64,000 nt of DNA, from assembly GCA_051453625.1 (NCBI GenBank), contig JBOZIK010000001.1, positions 1,307,884 to 1,371,883 of the forward strand, in the 5' to 3' direction. The notes beneath the pieces are model-generated. The model ran no database searches. It saw only the letters and a list, made by a program, of their open reading frames with translations, and had not been told where the DNA came from. The stretch's first letter is position 1. The number at the start of each line of letters is the position of its first letter. This DNA is from Welwitschia mirabilis. Taxonomy: Eukaryota. Of the stretch, positions 10,700-24,600 are shown in pieces. The position numbers and the translations under genes were made by a program.

Positions 10700-12890
10700 A
10701 TTTATTACTTAGGAATTTAGTTCTTTCATTTGCTTCATGCTTCTTCTCTATCCCATCAAGAGCTCACTTAAAGATTATTAGAGTAATCAAATAACCTTGT
10801 TAAAAAATAAATGATTTAATCTTAAAGATAGGAAGAGGAAGAGAATACCCTAATTTGAGGTTATTTGTGCATCATCTTGAGAATGTGAATTATGTGGGGG
10901 AAATGAGAACAAGCAGGAAAATCTCAGTTTTTGGAACAATAAAAGCATAGAAAAGAGGTATTCCATTAATTCTTCCTTAATGTCTCACTCATGTGAATTA
11001 GGAAGTGTTAAAAGCAATTTATTAAAGGGGAAAGTAAAGAAGTCATCATGAAGCTTGTGACATTTATCTAATCCTTGGGATTTTTTTAGTCCTAAATCAC
11101 AAGTGTTTCTAAAAGGATAAGGATTTAAACAAGCTCTAATCTTAGTGTATAGAGTACAAGTTTAACATTTTACATATTCCTAGATATTAATAAACTCCAA
11201 AGAACTTTCCCTAATTAAATCTACATGATAACAATATTAGAGCTATGCAAACCAGAAAGTAAACATGTAGAATACATTACCATTAAAAGTTACATCATAT
11301 GAAAGTGGCATAAAATATTTAAAATCTTTTCAAACCTATAAATGATAAAGACATCTATATTTTGTAGAGCATGTTAAATTGTAAAATTAAATAGTGAAAA
11401 AAATTCTTATGTCAAAACATAAAAACAAATCCCTACTAGTTGTGATTTACGAGGGTATATGTGGATCAATTAAACCCCTTCATTCTAAAACATAAGATTA
11501 CTTTCTTACATTCATAGATAATTTATTTAAAATAGTTAGATTTATTCATTAAATCATTAATATTTCTAATTCATGGAATTGAAAAAAATATGCTATGAGG
11601 TCTCATCTATAATTACATCATTTGTTTAGGTAATTGAGATGGTTGTACCTTTAAGGGAAGGTATAGTTACTAAAATTTTTTAATTTTGAAATTCTCTCTC
11701 TCTACTCCTAACCCTCCTCTTCCCCGCCTCCTGCCCCTCCCCACACCCCAACCCCCCTACAAACAACCGTGGAGATGTGTTCTATGATATGAAGTTTAAA
11801 TAGTATCCCTAAAACATAGTATTAAGCATAGAGAGAATATTGTTATAGAAAAAATATATTGTATTTCTAATATAACACATAATGTTAAGGAACTTAAAAT
11901 CCTATAAGTAGAGAAAATAGGTATGGCAAAATCTATCCTTACAAGAGTTCCATCAAGAAGTATAAAAGATAAGAGAGATCACTTATCATGATATTATATA
12001 ACTAAAATAAGATTGTTTAATCATAGAAAATACTATGAATGTTCTTATTATAAACATATCCTAGTAACAAGAGAAAATAAAATTAATAATTAAGCATTTT
12101 TATAATTACTCTTCAAGGGTTTAGAAAATTTTTAAGTCCTACTAATTATGGAAAGTGCTAAAAAATCATGATGTTTAAATATGTTGTAAAATAATCTTGT
12201 AAATATTTTATATATGATTAAAAAAAATATTCATAAACATAAGCATGCAAACCTCTATGATGAACATAGAAATATTCATTATAAATACAAAACCTTTTAA
12301 AAATGTTTCATGTTTACTAGAATGTTGAAACTACAAGTTATGTTAAAAACTATGTGTGTTTGTATGTGTGTGTTTATAATTGATAATATATCAAAGAATT
12401 AAAATAAAACTTTATAAGTGGTAAAGTAAAATTCATAAATCGACATGATACCTGTTACACATAAAATTTCTATTAAAAAAATTAAGAAAAGTAAGATGTA
12501 AATAAAGCATTAGATAAATGATTGAGAAATGAGATAAATCCTACTTAAATCTTTACTAAAAAGTATACTAAATTGCTATAATTATTATGAAGAGTAAAGA
12601 TAATACTTTTGAAACTGCATCAGAAAGTAATCATCAAGGATGATATAAGGATGTATAAAGAAATAACCATGTGGCCTTAGTTGACTTACTTAGAGATAAG
12701 AACATTAACTAATATAGATGATCTTCTATAGCAAGTTAAAATCGAACAAAGTAATTGATAAATGCATAACTTATGTTATTGATAAAACAGTTGATCTAAC
12801 ACAAAAACATATACAAGAATAAGGTATATTTCCTGGTTACTATAAATAAAACCATAAGAATAATAATCCTTATTGGAGTCTATAAAAATG
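10700..12890 (+). mobile_element. Highly degenerate Ty1/copia relic
   Basis: Knuckle-like ECELCGGN (10881-), integrase-like FCRAC..K..ICGSIKP..YFLTFIDN (11360-11525) and downstream Y.HI...R.K.. (12040-12120). Interrupted near 11560-11900. Confidence 0.55.
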
Positions 12891-15230
12891 TTAAAGGTAT
12901 ATAACTAAAGTGGTAAGGCTCGGTTTTCATTTTAAGTAAGTTGTGGGTCTTAGTCTTCCTTTAAGTGAAAATTCTAAAGACATATTTCACCTTGCTACTA
13001 CGTTAAAAAAGGAATTTATTATATCCCTACAAACCACTTAGTTTAAGTTGTTCTGTTCATTAAGTGTTGAAACGTTATCCAACATAATTGCATTTCTTGT
13101 TCTAAATAGCTTAACTTCCTTTATTAGTTTAAAGTTTAGTGGGTTAATCAATACAATTAGAATCTTTTTAAAAATCATTTATGTGATGCCCTCTCTTTTC
13201 ATACCCTAATTAAGCACTATTTTTATTTTTTACCCATTTTCCTTTCTTTTCCTTCCTTTAATATTATTACCTAATAAAGGTAGTGAAACCTAGGATCAAA
13301 TTTTACTTATTCCTAAAAATAAATCATATTATTATTATATATATACCTATAATTAATTTATAGATAATTTTGGTTTAAAAACAAAAGTGATGTCATCAGT
13401 TTGTGTCCTCCCTTTCTTCCTAGTTTTCGTCACATAGAAAGATATCTTGTAAATAGTTGATGGGATGTAAACTTGTTATAAAACATACATGGATAAGATT
13501 AAAGATAATACTTAACCAATATAATAGGAGCTTGCAGCTGTCATTAATGGCATTCCAACTCAATATCCTACCACCTTTCAGATGTGAGTTGGTTCTACTT
13601 CAGATTTTAAACTAGACAAATATAGTTGGGCTTTACTCCATAGGCTTATATCTCACCTTAATATACCCTCAATACAAGTAACAAGTGGTACGTGAGGTGG
13701 ATGCATGCTTACAAATGACCCCTGCTTCCTTGAAACATCTCCGAATGGTGCAAGAGGATCCATTGATGCTAAGGGCTTAAGATATCAAGTCAGAATAAGT
13801 TTATCCATGGGTAGGATAGGAGAGTGATGATTAAATCCACTTCCAAAAGGGTATTATTAAAAAAATTGCAATGTAACCCACCTTAGTGATGAACTCCAAG
13901 TATGGGGATAATCATTATAAGGATTATCTTGATTTAGTCCTATTTGATGAATACACCACATAAATGCATACATTAAATTCTAACTAATGTAGATATTTAA
14001 TGGATTATTTACCTAGTTGTAATAATTCTAACCATCATTAGGTTTATTTCATAAAAACAATCATAAAAGAGAAAACAAGCATACTAGAACATCTTTATAT
14101 TTAAGATTATAGTAATGAAAATCTAAATAAAGGAAATATTCTTTTCTTTTCTTTTTGTAATAATAAAAACAAAATTCAAAATATATCAAATTACATCTTA
14201 ATAATGTACTTAAAGAAAGTAATCCATACTGGAGCTATTTCAATCCTAATAGCATTATTCCATGCTTATATGACAATTTCCATTATGTAAGGAAGATAAA
14301 CAAAAGAAGTATAATTCAAGAATGGTTATTAAGATATAAATATTTATCCAAGACTCATATAGCTATATTATAAATCAAAAAAATAAGTGATAAATCAAGG
14401 ACTATTTATGCTACTTAAACTACTAAGGTAAAAACTCTTACAAGCATGCACATTCAAAGTAAGATAAAGAGAAAAAATAAAAGAGGTATTTTTCCAAATA
14501 CAATATTATTTCTAAGTAATTTAACTTAAGGCTATTGATAAAAGCTTATCTTATATATTCAATTTACTTATAAAATTCTATGTAATAATTTTTTTATAAT
14601 TTAAAACATTAATTATAATGTGTTTAGGCTCTAAGGAGAAGTCATAATCAATAACCTAATAATTAATTAATTAATTATGAAGAAAAAATAAATTACAGTA
14701 GTTTTTAGAAATTAGATTCATAATAGGACCCTTAAAAACTAACTTAAGCTATCTTGAAATTGTAAAAATATTATTTCTAAGGTTATGATTTAAGATTAAA
14801 AACTTTCAAATTTTCTAAAATTATAGTTCTACCACACTACACTAACATAATCATAACTTTTAAAATACTTTGAATTTTTAAATGATTCAAGATGTTTTGA
14901 AAAGCCTATTTAAATTCCTACAACTTAGAATGCTTAATTTTTTAGATGTATTAAATGTTAGTTATAGAAACATAAATTAATTTCTTACTATTTTCTAAAT
15001 TTATTTCCTAAAGTATTTTAATAATTGTATTTCTTAAAAATTATTATACATAAGGAAAATTACTATTTTTACATTTTCAAAATAATAACAGAATTCTAGA
15101 CTTACAAAAACTATTTCACTAATTTATACCTACTAATTAACAAGCTACGGTGTTCTTAATCTATGTCTCTATTCTAGAAATTTGATTTTCACTATTGAAA
15201 AAAAGGGTAAAGTTTCTACAACTAGTTATG

Positions 15231-16690
15231 TGTTGGGATGCAAATCGTGTGCTTTTCTTCTTGTCTTCAATTAATTATTTTTAAGGGTAATCTACAATGT
15301 TAAAGATCTAACACACATAAAACACATTAGTATATGGAGTCATCCCGAATGTTGTATTCTAAAGAGAAGTTAGATAAAATATTTAGAAGATTGCTTTAAT
15401 CAAAAAAAGAAGAACTGAAATAATTTCCTATTCTAACTTTAGAATGATAAATTAATGAAAATGGAATGATACAATAAATGAATGCAAAATGCGAAGATGA
15501 GATACAATCCTAAATGCAAATACTAACTAGGTTCATCAATTTTTTATCACCCAAGTTGGCCCTCACATGCTATATCAGAAATCACAATTAACGTTATGTA
15601 ATTAACTTAATTCCAACATAACATATGGAGAACATAAGAGAGCAATTTTGAAAGAGAACTTCAATCAATATCTTATTAATGAAAATGTCCACATCCTCTT
15701 ATAAAGAAAAAGCTCCTTAATGAAGGAGACACAGCTTGACATTAAGAAATGCACTTCTCTAAAACTAGGATGGATTCCTTGCCAAAACTTCTCTAATGTC
15801 ACAAGTGATTTTGAGAATCAAATATGAGAAATTAGGGACCTAAGTGGGTTATTTATAGATTTAGATTAATGATTAGGGTCACCAAAGAGTAGTAATAGAT
15901 CAAAAGCCATCATATCAATGATTTCATAACTGATCGATTCCATGTTATAGACATTAGGGTTGTCGTTCACTTGGGTGTCATTCGGATGATAGGGTGGACA
16001 ACATTTGATCTTCTTTTCTAATGGTTTATTATCCATCTTGTGCCTTCTTAGGGTAAGTAATGAGTGTCGTCTATCTAGTGTCATCCTAGGTGTTGTCTAG
16101 ATGACCAGATGGATAATTGTCAGTGAAAAAATGATGTTTCTAGTTCAGTATACTATCTATCATCCATTAAGTATTATTTGGATGACTAGATGGATGACTA
16201 TAGAATAAAAATGATGTTTTTAGTTCTGTATACTATCTGTCATCATATGTATGTTGTCCAGATGACCAGATGGATGACAACTATAGTAACTGTTACATTA
16301 ATCTTGCTATAGTAACTTACTATAGTAGCTTAGTATCATTTTGGTAGTGTTTTTTTCGACTATTGTCTAGATAATCAGGAGGATGAAAACTACAGTAACT
16401 GTTATAGTAATCATGCTACACTGACTCTGCTATACTAACTTTACTACAGTAACTTACTCTAAACAATGCATTGTCCTCATTCAAATGTTAAAAAAAATTA
16501 TCATAAAGACCTTAAATGGAACATATCTTGAAAATCATCCATAAATGATTAGAAATATTGAAAAACTACCATTTCTTATTCATTGTAATGTCTACTTCAC
16601 TTTTATCCTTAATTGATTAAAAATCTACTTAAATAGAGATGAAACATACTCTAAACATGATATTAAATATTATCAATTTGACCCGTAACA
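15231..16690 (-). repeat. 3' LTR of Athila-like element
   Basis: Direct repeat of 20245-21640, tgttgg...taaca. Confidence 0.9.
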
Positions 16691-19600
16691 TAGCCCTCCA
16701 CTAAGAATTTGTTAGTTCTTGATAAAAAAAGCAGAAAAGAATAAAAGTGAGCTAAATTAAAAAAAGGATAAAACATAAAAATTAAGCATAAAGGATCTTA
16801 CATTGTCAAACATAGAGTGCATATCAAAAAGATATTCCAATTAAAAATCATGATAAAGATATGCATTAAATTAGAGATTTTGGTTTCAGTTCTATGACAA
16901 ACATATTTTTAATAAACAAATTCATTTAAATTAAAACCAATCTTTTGGTAGTTGTAAAGGTTTCACCCCATGAAATAGATAAATTCATCTTAAATTTTAA
17001 GTTAGATTACATGTGATGATCAGAAGGGATAAGCTAAAAGTCTCAAGGGATGTAATAAAAAGTGAAAGCCAAGAATAAAAAACACATCAACATAAAATAA
17101 GAAAGGAAAAATAAAATAAAACAAAGAAAGCTAAGGCATCATGAAAACAAATATTAAACTACTTAGATCCTAAATCCTATCCTCTCAAAACTTAATACTT
17201 TATTTAAAAGAAAAAGAAATTCAAATCTTTCTTATAATATAAAATTTATTTCTCTAATGATTTGTTCATATGCTAAATAGAAAAAGCATGATTAACAAAT
17301 TTGAAATCATTTAACTTAATGAATGGACAGAAATACATTACATTAGAATAGATTCCACTTGAAGTTGGTCACTTATCAATATTCTGTCATTTTCAAATTA
17401 AAGATATCGGATTCCTAATTAGTAAAACATCATGATTCTATTTAAATAGCATGGATGAATATGAAAATGTACTAATTAAATTTAACATGTCATAGTGATA
17501 GTCCCAAGCATTAACTTAAAAGATAGCTACAAATTAATAACACTTGATAATGTGATAATCACAAAACACTTTAAGGTGTACCTTCTTTTACCTTGGATTC
17601 CTCCCATTATGAAGTGCTCTTTTATGAACCACTAACCTAGCTTTTTTCATAAGAAATAGGACCTGTTAGATAGGACATAGGCTATTAAGCAACTTTGCCC
17701 TTAGTATGGTAATCCCTGAATAGAATAGAAGTGATTATCAAAAATTTCTTTCATAATATAAATTGATATTTTATTTTTCTTTTGAGGATTTTTTCTCTTT
17801 TTATTTTTCTATTTCTTTTCCACAAATATAAAAAGACACTTATGCATTATTAAAGTACTAATAACTTGTAGCCTCAACAAAAATGAAGTTGATTAAGAGA
17901 TTAAGCATATAATATGAACAACTTGATTAAGATAAATTTTCGCTCTTAGAATTAGAGTTCATAGGAATTTAGATGCATTTAAATTGGCTGAAATCTAATT
18001 GATCATCCATAACTTACAAAAGCCTGAAACGCTTAAACATAATACATGATGAAAAACTAAATTAAAATTAAGTTAATAGATATTGGAAAAGGGAAACTAG
18101 CTAAAAAATTACATTCACACAAGTGTAAGTGGTGTAAATCTCCTTAGAAAAATAGGCTCTACTAATCAATTAATGCAAGTAGAATGTAGTTTCTTTACTT
18201 TGCATTTATCCCTATTCCAAAAAGATAGATATTCTAACGTAGCTTTTGCATTGTATGTTTCTAGAAAAATAAAAACAAAATCATATAGAAACCAATTAAT
18301 AAAACATGAAAGGTATATAATCATTTTTGAATAAAACCAATTGATGGAAAAGAAAATAAATTAATAACACCTTAATAACACAGTTTTCATAAGATAAATA
18401 AGAGATGAAGAATTGATAAATTTCATTGAAAAATAATCTTTTATCAAATTGTTGTGAAGCATTATTATCATTTCATAATTCATTAATGCCACTACTAAAA
18501 TTGAATCCAACAAATTTTTGAAGGATTCTTAGGATGATTAATTAGGGCATATTTAGTAAGACTAAGAAGATTCCTAAAATTCAACTCAAAACATGGATTT
18601 TCATCAAGAAGGTAAGGCTTTTCACAGTGTAATATTATAAGAAATCCCAAATCATATTTATCAATTGTAAGAGGTAATGTGAGATTGGGATTAAAAGAAA
18701 GAATGGTATTTTGATTTTCACTTAAAAGCATAAGTGAGAGAGATGGAAAAACATTTTTACTAAGGCTAGACTCTTTAATTTTAATTACCTCATAAGATGT
18801 AAAACATTTATCCTCTATTGGTTTTTATTGAATCTCTAAAACTTATTCTTTATCCTTCTTTTCCTCATTATTTACATCATAATCTTATTTACATATCATC
18901 ACTCTCTAAATTATTAGATTCATTAAAAATCTCATAAAGAGAAATGTAATCATTATTTTCATCATTCATTGAAAAATTTTTAAATTTCTCATGAATTAAT
19001 TCATCCCTTTGACATTGGTTTTCAAAGAGTAAGTGAATATTATGGATATAATCTAATATCTCAATATCATCATTTGATGAATTGTCATCTACCTCATTGT
19101 TGTTTAATTGGTGAGTTGAAACTTCATTGTCATCATATTGAATATCTTCTATTGAACATCGACCGTTTAAATTTTCATCATCAGAATAGAAGTTGTTACT
19201 ATGTGTAGCACTTTTGATGTTTCCCTCCTCATTCTGAAGGTAAGAGGTTATGTACATGGTGATAGAGGCTTGAGAATGTTATGTTTTTATGAGAACCTTA
19301 AGATAGTTGATTTCATGACATTGTTTGTTGAAGGATGCCTATAAGATCTGTAATGTTTATATTGGTAGTTTCATGCATCTTCTTAAGTTCTTTGATTAAG
19401 TCATGAAGTGAATCATCTTGGTTAATTGGATGGTTGGAAGAACTTGATGCGTATAAGAAATTTATTTATTCTTCATTTTCCTCCATGGAAGGAGATTGAG
19501 GTATGTCAAATCATTTGTAGAATTCCTTTCTAAATAAGTTAGAAGTTCTAAAATGTTGAAAATCCTCATTAGTATTCCTACATCAAGGCTGAAAAGAAGA

Positions 19601-20244
19601 AGGAGAAAAAGAGGTAGGTTGAAATGTGGAAGGATCTCAATTCCTAGTTTTAACATCATTTTTTATTAACCATTCTCTTTTTGCAAATATTTCACCTAAT
19701 GTTCTTTTATCATTATCCACAAAATTTAAGTTTATTTTTTTTTTCAAAAAATATTTCTCAAAGGTTTCCTTGACTTTTATCCATAGAAATAGATGAGAAG
19801 GATGGAACAAGGTAATTAATTTCAATAGTAAGTAGGGTAATCACTAGAATCCCACAAAGTGCAAGATGTAGATTAATCTCACTAACCAAGCATTTAGTAA
19901 TACCAAAAGCATGAGATAAATATACATTTTTCATGGCAATTCTAAGGATTAAACTAAGTGCAAAGAGTAGGCATGAAGTAGTAGTCTTTGAGTTCATACC
20001 AAAAACTAACAATAACATGGGAACAAAAAATTCATCAAAATAAAAATAAAAGAAAAACCAAGAAAACTAATTAAAATTTAAGCTAAGATAAGAAATAAAA
20101 AGTGCAAGCTAAACTAAGAAAAGAAAATAAAAACTGTACATACACATTACACAAGTAAATAACTTAAAATCAAATTAGTTACCTATGCAAGGAGATTCAA
20201 CCTTCTAAACTTTCTTAAACTCCTTCTTATCAATGGCACCAATT

Positions 20245-21640
20245 TGTTGGAATGTGAATCATGTGCTTTTCTTCTTGTATTCAATTAATGATCTTCAAGG
20301 ATAACTTGCAATGTTAAGGATCTAATACATGCAAAACACACTACTATAGGGAGTCATCCTAAATGTCATACTCTAGAGAGAAGTTCAATACTATATTTGA
20401 AAGGTTGCTTTAATCAAAAAGAGATGAATTAAAATTATTTCCTATCAAACTTTAGAATTATAAATTAATGAAAATGCAATGATATAATGAATGAATGCAA
20501 AGTAAAAAGATGAGATGCAAACCTACATACAAAGACTAATCAGATTTACCAACTTGTTATCACCCAAGTTGAATCTCATATACTATATCAGAAATCATAA
20601 TTAAGCTTATGTAATTAACTTGATTCCAATGTAACATATGAAGAACATAAGAGAGAAATTTTAGAAGAACACTTAAACCAATATCTTATTAATCAAAATG
20701 TCCACATCCTCTTACAAATCAAAAGCTCCTCAATGAAGAAGACATAGTCCAACACTAAAAAATACCCTTTGTTGTAACTAGGATGAATTCCTTGCCTAAC
20801 ATGCTCTAATTTCACAAGCAAGGTATTTATGAATTTGAGTTGACAATTAGGGTCGCTAAAGAGTAGTAATAGATTAGGAGCCATCATATCAATGATTTCG
20901 TGGCTAATAGAATCTATATGACATTCATTAGGGTTGTCATCTGCTTGGATGTCGTTTAGATGATAGGGTAGATAACATTTGATCTTCTTTTACAACAACT
21001 TCTTATCCACCACACGACTTCCTTGGGTAACTGATAAGTGTAATCTATCTAATGTTATCTTGGATATCATCTAGACAACCAAGTGAATGACTGTTCGTTA
21101 AAAAAAAAGATGTTTTTGGTTTTATATACTATGTATCATTTCTTAAGTATTATCTAAATAACTAGGTGGATAATGGTCAGTGAAAAATGATGTTTTTAGT
21201 TCTATATACTGTCTATCATCCTCTGAGTATTGTTCGGATGACTAGGTGTACAATAGCTATAGTAACTTTTATAGTAATCTCACTACAGTAATTTGGTGCT
21301 ATTTTGGCAGTGTTGTCTTGGGCTGTCGTCCAAACAACCAGGTGGATGATAGTTATAATAATTGCTATAGTAACTCTATTATATTAACTTTACTATAGTA
21401 ACTTGCTCTAGACGATGCATTATTCTCATTTAAATGCTAAAAAACTTTATAATAAAGACCTTGAATGAAACATATCTTAAAAATCATCCATAAATGGTTA
21501 GAAATATTGGAAAACTACCTTTTCTTATTCATCATAATGGCTACTCCACTTTTGTTCCTGATTAATCAAAAACCTACTCAAACAGACTTGAAACATACTC
21601 TAAACATGATATTAAATACCCTCAATTTTGACTTATAACA
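20245..21640 (-). repeat. 5' LTR of Athila-like element
   Basis: Direct repeat of 15231-16690, adjacent to PBS. Confidence 0.9.
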
Positions 21641-24600
21641 TTATGTAATAATTTAGATCAGTAAAATAATGGATATACTAACTAATTATTTATAAAATAT
21701 CTTAACTAAATTTAATAGTTCAAATCATTATAGAAAGAAAAATGAAATCAATTCAAAAAGAAGTACTAGCCTAAAAGATATTTTGGAGGATTAGACATTT
21801 ATCCACAATAAAATGGACCATATGTATAATAGATAAAAATACAATATTAAAATAAACATGGATACAAAAATTTCCTTTTTTCTCCTTTATAGTGAATCCC
21901 TTAGTTACTTGGCCATAATAATCTATTATTAACCTCCATTACCAAGCACAAAAGACCCCTCATATCTTCCCAGCATCTTGGTGAAAGCCAATGGGAGGGA
22001 ATAAAATTAAAAAAATATACACAATTTTAAGGTAATCATAACAATAGCCTAATGAAATTTATTATTAGCCTATTAGAATATTTAAAAAAGATCATATGGA
22101 TAACATGAATAAAGATCTTACTTGAAAAAATTAGTAAGTCATTGATGGTTGAAGATCGATGAATATCTAAGCTTAAAAATCCTTACCTCCAAGCTCCAAA
22201 AGAAAGAGGGAGGAAAATATGAAATGCACTTACATGGAAAATGGAAAGTAACTCCCCTTACAAGATAGAAAAGAATCTCTATATATAGATAAATAAAAGG
22301 CACAGACTTAAGATCATAAGATCACATAATTTATTACTGATAAGTGGGATGAGTAATAAGTTGCATTAAGGTACAAAAAGAGATCATATTTATGACTCAT
22401 CAACTTAACTAGGGTGAGTAATTTTCTTACTTTAATTAGTAAGGTTAATTACATGCATCATTTCCTCATGTTAGCTCCTTCTTAATCCTTCATAGACCCA
22501 TAAGTAAGTTTAATTCATCTAAAAAATGCATCAAAAAAATAAATTCATAAATTTCAAAATTGTCATGTGGCATAATAAGGTAAACTCTCCAATTCCAATG
22601 AATAACAATAAATACACTATGAATCAAGTGCCCTTACAATCTCAAAAAGATAAAAGTCATGATAGAATAAATCTACTTATTTATCATTCTTGGCTTTAGG
22701 TAAGAGTGCATGTACTTATTTAGATGCTTATTTATTTCATAATGCATAGAATCTATCAATCACACAACACAAAGAAGAAAATGTCTATTCACAATATAGT
22801 ACATCTATTACATTTACTAAGAATTTAAATGAGTAAAAAAGATGTAAAATATATTATTATGTCCTTTTGAAATTTTCAATTTATTAGTTTTATCATGTGA
22901 TTTTAATTCCTTACATAATGGAGTTATCTAATTTTAAATGTTTGGATAGATTTTCTTATAAAAACCTTATAACATAATTATTATCATTCTCATGGTAAAT
23001 TATGAAAATTACAAACTAAAGTTAATTTAAAATACCATTTTATTTTGACAAGGCCTTTAAAGAAGAGTAATTCATCATCTAATTAAAATCTTAATATGCT
23101 TAATATCTAATTAATTAAGGTTTAGAAAATATGATATATGATAATTTGCCTCAATACTTATAGAAATTTAACCAACTTCATGTTAAATTGATATTATTAT
23201 GTGTAGTAATAAAATAGAATATCAATGTAATTTAATCAAAAGGCTTTATGATTAAGCATATTCTAACAAAAAGTAAAGCTTTCTATCTGTAAATATGCTA
23301 TAAAAATCTATTTTTGAGGTTTATTTGAGTGAACATTTATATATGTCAAATTTTCAAGACTAATGTTTTTCAAGTATCGATCATTGATTTCATTATGAAA
23401 GAGGGAATAAAAACCCTCCACACTTAAATAATTCCATAATTTATGAGACATAAACTATTGTTTCTCTAACTCCTCTTATGTAGTTTGGAAGTACTAGCAA
23501 TGGCCCTAAAGCATCTATGATGGTTGATTTCAAACATAGAATGATAGGTAATACAATTGATTTCACCCTTTATAATGACATTATTAATTAATGTACCTTT
23601 AAATATATATTAAAGTACTTTTTTATCCAAGTTTTAGATTACTTACCTTTATTGTCACCTTTTCTAGTGCAATTTTAGCCAACATTTTTGCATCATGAAC
23701 TAGTTGCTAGGTATGTTGAATATTATTTTTAAACTTTTTATTAGTTGATCTTGCAAAAAATATTTTTTCGATTAAGATATTAGCATTTATACCTTCATGC
23801 ATAGGCATGCATTATTGATTGCATGTTCCTAGAAATTAACCTAGACATTACTAATAAGATAATTAATCTAGTTTCATGCATGCTAAAATTACTGAATTTG
23901 TCATTAATTTTTTTGAAACATAAGAATAAAATTGTTAAGCTTCTCAAAAACATTGTGTATGAAGAAACTAATATTACTTCTAGGTGTACATTAAAAATAT
24001 TTCATATCAAAATTAATTTGAAAAACATAAAACCATTGCTTTAATCAAAGGCTAGAGATTCTATTTTTACTCATACAGTGATTTACTTTAATGTTCCAAA
24101 TTCTTTGCATTATCATAGAGAATATTATTTATTTTTATAATATCCATATCTTGAAAAAATTAGGAATATGATGCCTTAAAACAAGACAAACAAAATGAGA
24201 TGAATGTAGAATTCCTAAAAGTTGTGAACCTATCATTTTCTACTAGTACTACTTAAAGAACAATATGTTTAAAAACATTAATGGATATGGGAAGAAGATT
24301 TACAAAAACATACAAAACCTTCGTATGAATGACTATTTGAACATTGACTCTTTATACATTAGAAAGTAAACTACATTATAAATCTAGCTATTCATGTAGT
24401 GTAATATTGGGTGTTTTGGTTGTGATCCAAGAAGTTTATAAAGTCTTTGATTACTTACAACAACACTTACGTCTTTCTTTAGCATGAAGTAACTAGTGCA
24501 CTAAGAAAGGTGAGGTAAAGAAGATAAGATGCATGATTATCAAGTCCAACTACTATGAGAATATATAACTAATTGTTAGGCAAAGTAGATTCTCTTTAAT

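Larger units (their letters stand above)
15231..21640 (-). mobile_element. Non-autonomous Athila-like Ty3/gypsy element with two LTRs
   Basis: TG..CA LTRs 15231-16690 and 20245-21640, perfect 5-bp TSD TTATG, PBS-like tggtgccattg (rc of 20231-20241; eroded tRNA-Asp type) and PPT cttagtggagggc next to the left LTR. The 3.55 kb interior has only gag-like traces and no recognisable RT/integrase. Confidence 0.9.
13182..23143 (-). mobile_element. Solo LTR (about 3.5 kb, Tekay/Del-like) split by the nested 15231-21640 element
   Basis: Begins tgtgatgccc, ends atatgata (eroded CA). Flanks ATTTA/ATTTG. Colinear similarity with 35100-39052 (for example 13450-14080 vs 35345-35970 and 22410-22720 vs 38143-38440). 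Orientation inferred from a TATA-like motif on the minus strand. Confidence 0.75.

Noticed and set aside
12896..12960. tRNA gene
   Set aside because: A-box-like start but broken B box and no closing cloverleaf; at most a relic.
23150..23480. Minus-strand LINE ORF1-like trace
   Set aside because: Only weak GFYSLF and FVRIC-like motifs; too eroded to support.
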